DNA of 64,000 nucleotides from Tubulanus polymorphus. Taxonomy: Eukaryota > Animalia > Nemertea. The DNA is taken from NCBI RefSeq assembly GCF_964204645.1, contig NC_134026.1:29856150-29920149 (forward strand), given 5' to 3'. Positions 58,464 through 64,000 of this stretch are shown one piece after another (the first letter of the stretch is position 1; each line of letters begins with the position of its first letter). The notes below the pieces were generated by a model, which made no database searches, was not told the origin of the DNA, and was given only the letters and a program-made list of their open reading frames with translations. Made by a program: the position numbers and the translations under genes.

Positions 58464-59069
58464 TTACATGTACTTAATATATTTCACTTCTCAAATCAGA
58501 TATATACGTAAAGATATAGAATGTTTGTATATCGAGTTACAAAATACGTTTCAATTAAATTCTCGCTTAAGTGTAAAAATCAAAATCTATACTCAGTTTC
58601 ATATACTTCGTTGTATTACAAAAATATTGTCGCACAACCGCGCGTTCGATAAACAATTTCAGATAATCCGAGCAGTTAATTCTATCTATATAATAATATT
58701 ACACATTTAAAACCACTACGAAGCAAAAACTCTGAACAGAATCGGATACTTCTCTTAACTTCGACAAGTTATCTACTCAGAAATTCATCAACGTAAATAG
58801 TTCAATAAGCACCATCATTTTTTAAAATTCGATCATTAAAAAAACTTCCATACTTTTTATCTCTTAGAAAATAAAAAACATACCATCATCTACAAAACTT
58901 CACGGAAGCTCTTAATAGTAGAATATATAAAAACATCTTGAATTTTATCTTCTGGTTAGAATAAAATCATTGCGATTGATAATGTTTTTGATTTGTTTAG
59001 CTATAGCACATTCCTATATTTGAGCAGCTGCTTTGAAAACACATCGAAACCTTCAAAGTTTCATTTCGG

Positions 59070-62000
59070 CTAAGTTTTCATTGTGCGACGATTTTTTTTA
59101 GGCAACGCCGGTGGGGTACCTTGCGGACTGACGGGAGCTGTTGTTGTGTGTTTACCGGGTAGAGCTGGTGGTGGTTCACTGATTGGTAGTGGTGGAACGG
59201 GCTGAAAATATGAACATAACTCAGTTACAGTAAATCATCAGGGCAGCCATTTGAAATCTTTTTCCCTGATATCTCTCCCTAACTATTCCCTTACATGTAA
59301 ATTGTATTCCCTGACTCAATCTGCTACGAATCCAATCAGTTAACACAGTCAAATATGGAATAGTTTTTTAGTTTAATTTTTCTCAACCAATTTCCCTGAC
59401 TTTTCCCTAATTTTCAGCTTTTTCACAAAATTCCCCGACTATTGCCTGATTTCCAGATAAATGGCTGCACCCTGATTATATGAAACAGTAAAAATGTTAA
59501 TATTCAAATTTGATCAGTATCAGACGTATAGAGAATATAAAACAACGACTGTGACAACGATAGTTTTCTATGATTGCTGTAGGGCTCAGGTTTTACTGGC
59601 AGTCTAGTAATGATTACTGGTGCACACCGATGCGGCAATAGTATTCAATAGGGACTCCGCGGAGTGAAAGAAAGATGCTCATACAATCTATTTAATCACT
59701 CCTTAGAGTCGTACTGATCACAACTAGTACATTTTACTCGAGATGAACCCACTTTAAACAATTCCCAAACCCGCCATTCCTCTGCCTTTATGTCTCGCAT
59801 TAACCGTACCACATGTTCCCGCTATGACAGTTCTATTTTCTTGACCGATGATATAAAATAGGTGTAAATCAGCGCAGACCCAACGTCGTTGTCCGACCAA
59901 ATCTGATCTTTATTAACATTAGCACCTAATATCGATTCATACAAATAGACTTATCACGTTAAACCACCGGAGATATTCATCAATATTCACGGCATCATTA
60001 ATTGAATTTTATATCTATCAATACGACTGTGAATTACGTTCAGTTTTTTATCGTTTATTTATTTCACACATCACAGTTATACAAACTGGTCTGATGGGAA
60101 ATTTCACAAGAAGTCTACTGGTGGAACAGAGTACGAGTTACATCATGAGTTCTGTGATCCTGAGAAGGATACTTCTACATTAGAACATTTTTGTTAAGAA
60201 TGCATCCTAATTTTTTTTGTATTGAGATTTCGATTGTCCGTGTAAGGATCTGACTGAAAGTTCCTTCTTAGTCTCATAAAATCTACACTACATTGATACC
60301 GGTACATGATATCGGTAGATTGGGGACGCGGTGTAATTGGTCGTGTCCGACGCCTGGTTTCGACTCGCACATATTATACATACCTTGTCTTTTCTCAAAA
60401 TGAACGAAGTCATCCGTTTATTGTCGGATGGTGAATCAGTTGGAGGAATGATGTTTATATTACTGTAGTCAGCGTATTGCGTTTTAACCGGTAGAGGTGG
60501 AGGGCACTCCTCTGTCAGAGGTAAACTTTCCTGAGAACCTAAAACATCACAATTAGAATCGAATCACAGATATCGTATAATACAGGATCCAGTAACCGGG
60601 TTGACAAATGTAAGTGAGCTTTGACTCTCAGTTAAGATTTGTTCATTTTGGATGTTTAAAATCTGGAGTATTAACTGAAAAAGAACTAAGGATGTCGTGT
60701 TTATAGCCTACCCGATGTTGAAGAAGGTGTTGAAGGCTCCGTTGAAGTTGATAGATTTAAACTAAACTGCCGACTGTGTCTCTGACTGTTGCGTTTCTCG
60801 GGGTCAGGACGTCGCGGCCGCTGAGGGGTTAACTATAAAACAATTCATCATTCAGTGAAATTAAAGCGATTAGTTTCACGCGGTATCATTGACAAACTGA
60901 GTGTAAGATGTTTTTACCTCTTCGGTTAATTCAATCATTTTACTGATATCACCACGACTGTGACTGTGACTATTGTTCAACACTTTTTCCTCCTCTTTAT
61001 CATCCTTTTTCTCATCTTTCGACGGTTTATCGCCGTGGTGAGTAATCTCCGTCGATAAAGGTCGTTTAGAAAATGCCTGAAACGCGAGACGACAGATTTA
61101 TGGTCAAACATCGCTGTAGTCTATCTATCATGTTTATAACACGGTGTTCTGTCCGTTTACATTTCAATTACGCTACAAATTGAATCTATTGAATTTGTTC
61201 AATTTTTTGATGAACAGTTTGAGGAACTTTATTAAGAAATCAAAAATCATTGTGATTTTTTGCCACAATTTGCCACTAAAATGTTGAAGAGATAATGATG
61301 ATAATTACCTGTGTAACGTTACTAACTACATTAATAAGAGTTCCTCTCGATTTACTGACAGTGCTCACGCTACGACTGACAGTTGATGAACCGGGACGCA
61401 CCCACACGGAAGACGACAGGGTTCGCTGTGAAGAGGGTGAACCACCCTTCTGAGGAGTCTCTGATTCTACTTTACTCGTTCTAAACAAAAAAGATATTAA
61501 AATTTCTTGAAAGTTTGATACGAGAATTTTGTACAGATTTTTGGAATGAGAGCCGGTAGGTTAATTTTGATATTAAGAGATAATAGAAAGCATAATTTAG
61601 CTGTAGACTCATAAAACATGAAGGAACTGTAGAGCTGCCAACCTGTAAGTATTTGAATCATGGTCAATCGAGGAAACTTTCAGGGAGCAAAATAAGAAGA
61701 TATAAACAATTGTCTTCAGGGACACAAGATGACAATGGTTTCACAGATACTGATCATATGCATTGATGAAGCACTCTGAGTTGCAACAATAATATAAAAT
61801 TGCACACTGAGAATGAAAAAGATGAAGTCTGAATATTTTGATTGAGCTAGAAGTTAATTCCAAGTCTTCTGAATTCCAGTATACCTGAAGATGACTATAA
61901 GCATCTAGTCAAAACATCGAATAAACTACTAATATTTCCAACTCAATTTTCTATTCTTAGTGTGGGATTTTATATCATACTGATACAGTTAAAGATCCCA

Positions 62001-63441
62001 CGATCAGGGACCTCAAACCACGTGAAAATTGTGGATGGCTAGCAGCTCTGGAATCGTGATGTAGGGTAAGCGATGGTAGTTATTTTGTTTTGTAGTTATA
62101 TGAACATTGTTTCAGCGTTATACAGCGCAGTACGGTAGAACTATAAATACACGACTGATTGAATTAATGTTTCGTTTCCGTACGACATCTAATTAATAAT
62201 TCATACGACGAACGCCAATGATTTATAAGACGAAGAAAGGTCATAAAACTCTAATTTTCACCTGAAATCAGGCCCAGAAAATGATAATGATCGCACTGCA
62301 TACAAATATCAGATACAACAACTGCAACCAAAGCATTTTAAAACTAAACCTTTATACAACACACATACTACTGTATGCATACATGATCATTATCCAGCAT
62401 TTGTTTTGTCCTGAATTCATCTTGTATTTGAATCGATTTTAATGAAAAAAAAATTAAAAACACAATAAGCAGAAAATGTTGATTTGTTAGCTTTATAAAA
62501 ATTATCACGAAAAGCAGATTTATGGTTTTTATAAGAAGCGTTTGGTCGTGTAGTAGGAAGCAGGTGTCCCGATGATATATTGTTGTTTCCTAAGCATCTG
62601 TCTTTATGTAAGGGAAGCCAAATCGATGTACTGCAAAACTATCTCAAATAAGTGAAACAGCGACCCTTATCGAGACAGTCGTATAGACACGTACCCAACG
62701 GAAAGGTTTCCAACACTTCCACTCGGACGTAGAGAGTAGAATTTACTCGATGAAAACCTGGTTTAACAATGATTACAATACTCAACACTACAGTTAGGTG
62801 TATACAGGATCTATCGTGTATAATGAATAACTCTTTTATAGAATATAGAAAACTATAATTGCTGAAGAACAATGATTTCAAGTGGAGAGTAATTCACATT
62901 ATCAAAACAGTAAACGCGAAGACCTGGTGAAGTTACTCTATGCACTAATAGTAAAAGTTGGATATTTTGATAAAATCAAGTAAACCTTCAAATTACAACC
63001 AGGTTTTCATGTTTACTGATTTGACACAAGGTTAAAACGGCTTCTCTACAACTACTCTTATTAATAAAACATTACAAGGTAGAGTGACACATGCACAAAT
63101 ATGAATAGATCACAAGCAACAAGGTGAATGATAGTTTATGAGGTTCCGTGCCATTCAAATTGGCAAAACCATCTAAAAGTATCTTACATATTGACAAATA
63201 TCTATCAAATTCATTTATTTTTGAAACAAGAAGAGTTAAGATAGCTAGTTCGATACAATGAGATTTGGTACTTATTTCACACTGTAGATGGAAGCACATT
63301 CTAAAGCCTTTCAGCGTGAATCATCGAGTATTTGACCGAAAAGATTGATGACGAACAACAGAGTAAAATCCAACAACAAAAATAGAAATATGATATTGAA
63401 TAAGAAATTACCTGCGTGGTCCAAATCCTGATCTGCGAATC
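59070..63441 (-). CDS. DOCK1: C-terminal exons of a DOCK-A family Rac GEF (DOCK1/DOCK180/myoblast city-like), 5'-partial
   Basis: Minus-strand exons 63441-63412 (microexon), 61480-61309, 61076-60918, 60832-60712, 60538-60384 and 59201-59070 have consistent phases. The peptide includes IELTEELTPQRPRRP, PPPLPVKTQYADYSNI (cf. recalled DOCK1 PPPLPLKGSVADYGNL) and PPALPGK / PPALPKK Crk-SH3-type motifs before the stop. The DHR domains lie beyond the window. Confidence 0.72.
59239..59474. mobile_element. Degenerate CAGGG-terminated MITE in the last DOCK intron
   Basis: Termini CAGGGCAGCCATTT and AAATGGCTGCACCCTG. Internal TTCCCTGA/TTCCCTAA repeats are the reverse complement of the TCAGGGAA motif. 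The TSD is degenerate. Confidence 0.6.
61630..62050. mobile_element. Possible old hAT-like non-autonomous element
   Basis: Imperfect termini TAGAGCTGCCAACC and GGCTAGCAGCTCTG. No clean TSD. Confidence 0.3.
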
Positions 63442-64000
63442 CTATAGAAAGCATGAATACCAAAGAAACAGTTTGATGGTTAGTTTTACTATAAAAATGG
63501 CAGGTTTTACAGCGCAATAATCTCAGCAAAGTATTTGAAATCGATCATGCCATTAGTACAGAGTTTCTTAAAGCAAGCATTTTCTCCACACACAGTTTTA
63601 TACCGAACGAAAAAATCAGCATAAGTTAAAAATCTTTCAAAGAGAAACTTTAAAGGGAAGGATTTGACTATTTGCAGAAAATATCAGTAGAATTTAAGTG
63701 AAAGATTCAATCATTCGAAGCGAATGATGACAGTATTTTGATGACTACTGTTTTAATGATCGTAGCACAAGCGATTTAAGGCTCTAAATCAAACTGATAT
63801 AAACAGAACTTACGCAGAACTACGATTGTCTAAATCTTGAACCGGACTCGGAGATAACAATGTCTTAGCTCGTTTCACTGTGATCTCTTGAGTCTATAAG
63901 AAATAAACAAGAGTCATTTAGTGAACTATGACAAATCAAGTAAAAGCATAGATGAATTGAAACCAGTTACTACAAGCTGGGTTCTTACAGATCAAGGAAT

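Overview
This is AT-rich, intron-rich animal genomic DNA, most likely an invertebrate bilaterian, since the COE gene has only one HLH helix 2. The supplied ORF track is mostly uninformative; the genes had to be rebuilt by splicing by hand. Five genes were reconstructed: (1) the 3' end of BRF2 (TFIIIB-50) at 1-316 (+); (2) a 9-exon CCDC172-like coiled-coil gene at 381-2390 (-); (3) a divergently transcribed 9-exon SRSF10/12-type SR protein gene at 2768-7370 (+), whose intron 2 is a U12-type AT-AC intron; (4) a complete COE/EBF/collier transcription factor gene at 12598-54194 (+), with a 31.4-kb intron 6 and two alternative C-terminal exons; (5) the proline-rich 3' exons of a DOCK-A (DOCK1/DOCK180/mbc-like) gene at 59070-63441+ (-). 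The window also holds several MITEs (some with target-site duplications), tRNA-derived SINE relics, perfect palindromes and a 1.7-kb CT-rich minisatellite. The most interesting feature is inside the SRSF10 minor intron: a candidate U2-type non-productive exon carrying a strand-specific array of about 17 CAAG motifs. This suggests a minor/major-spliceosome autoregulatory switch that uses a Tra2-like motif. All family assignments come from recalled motifs, not database searches.
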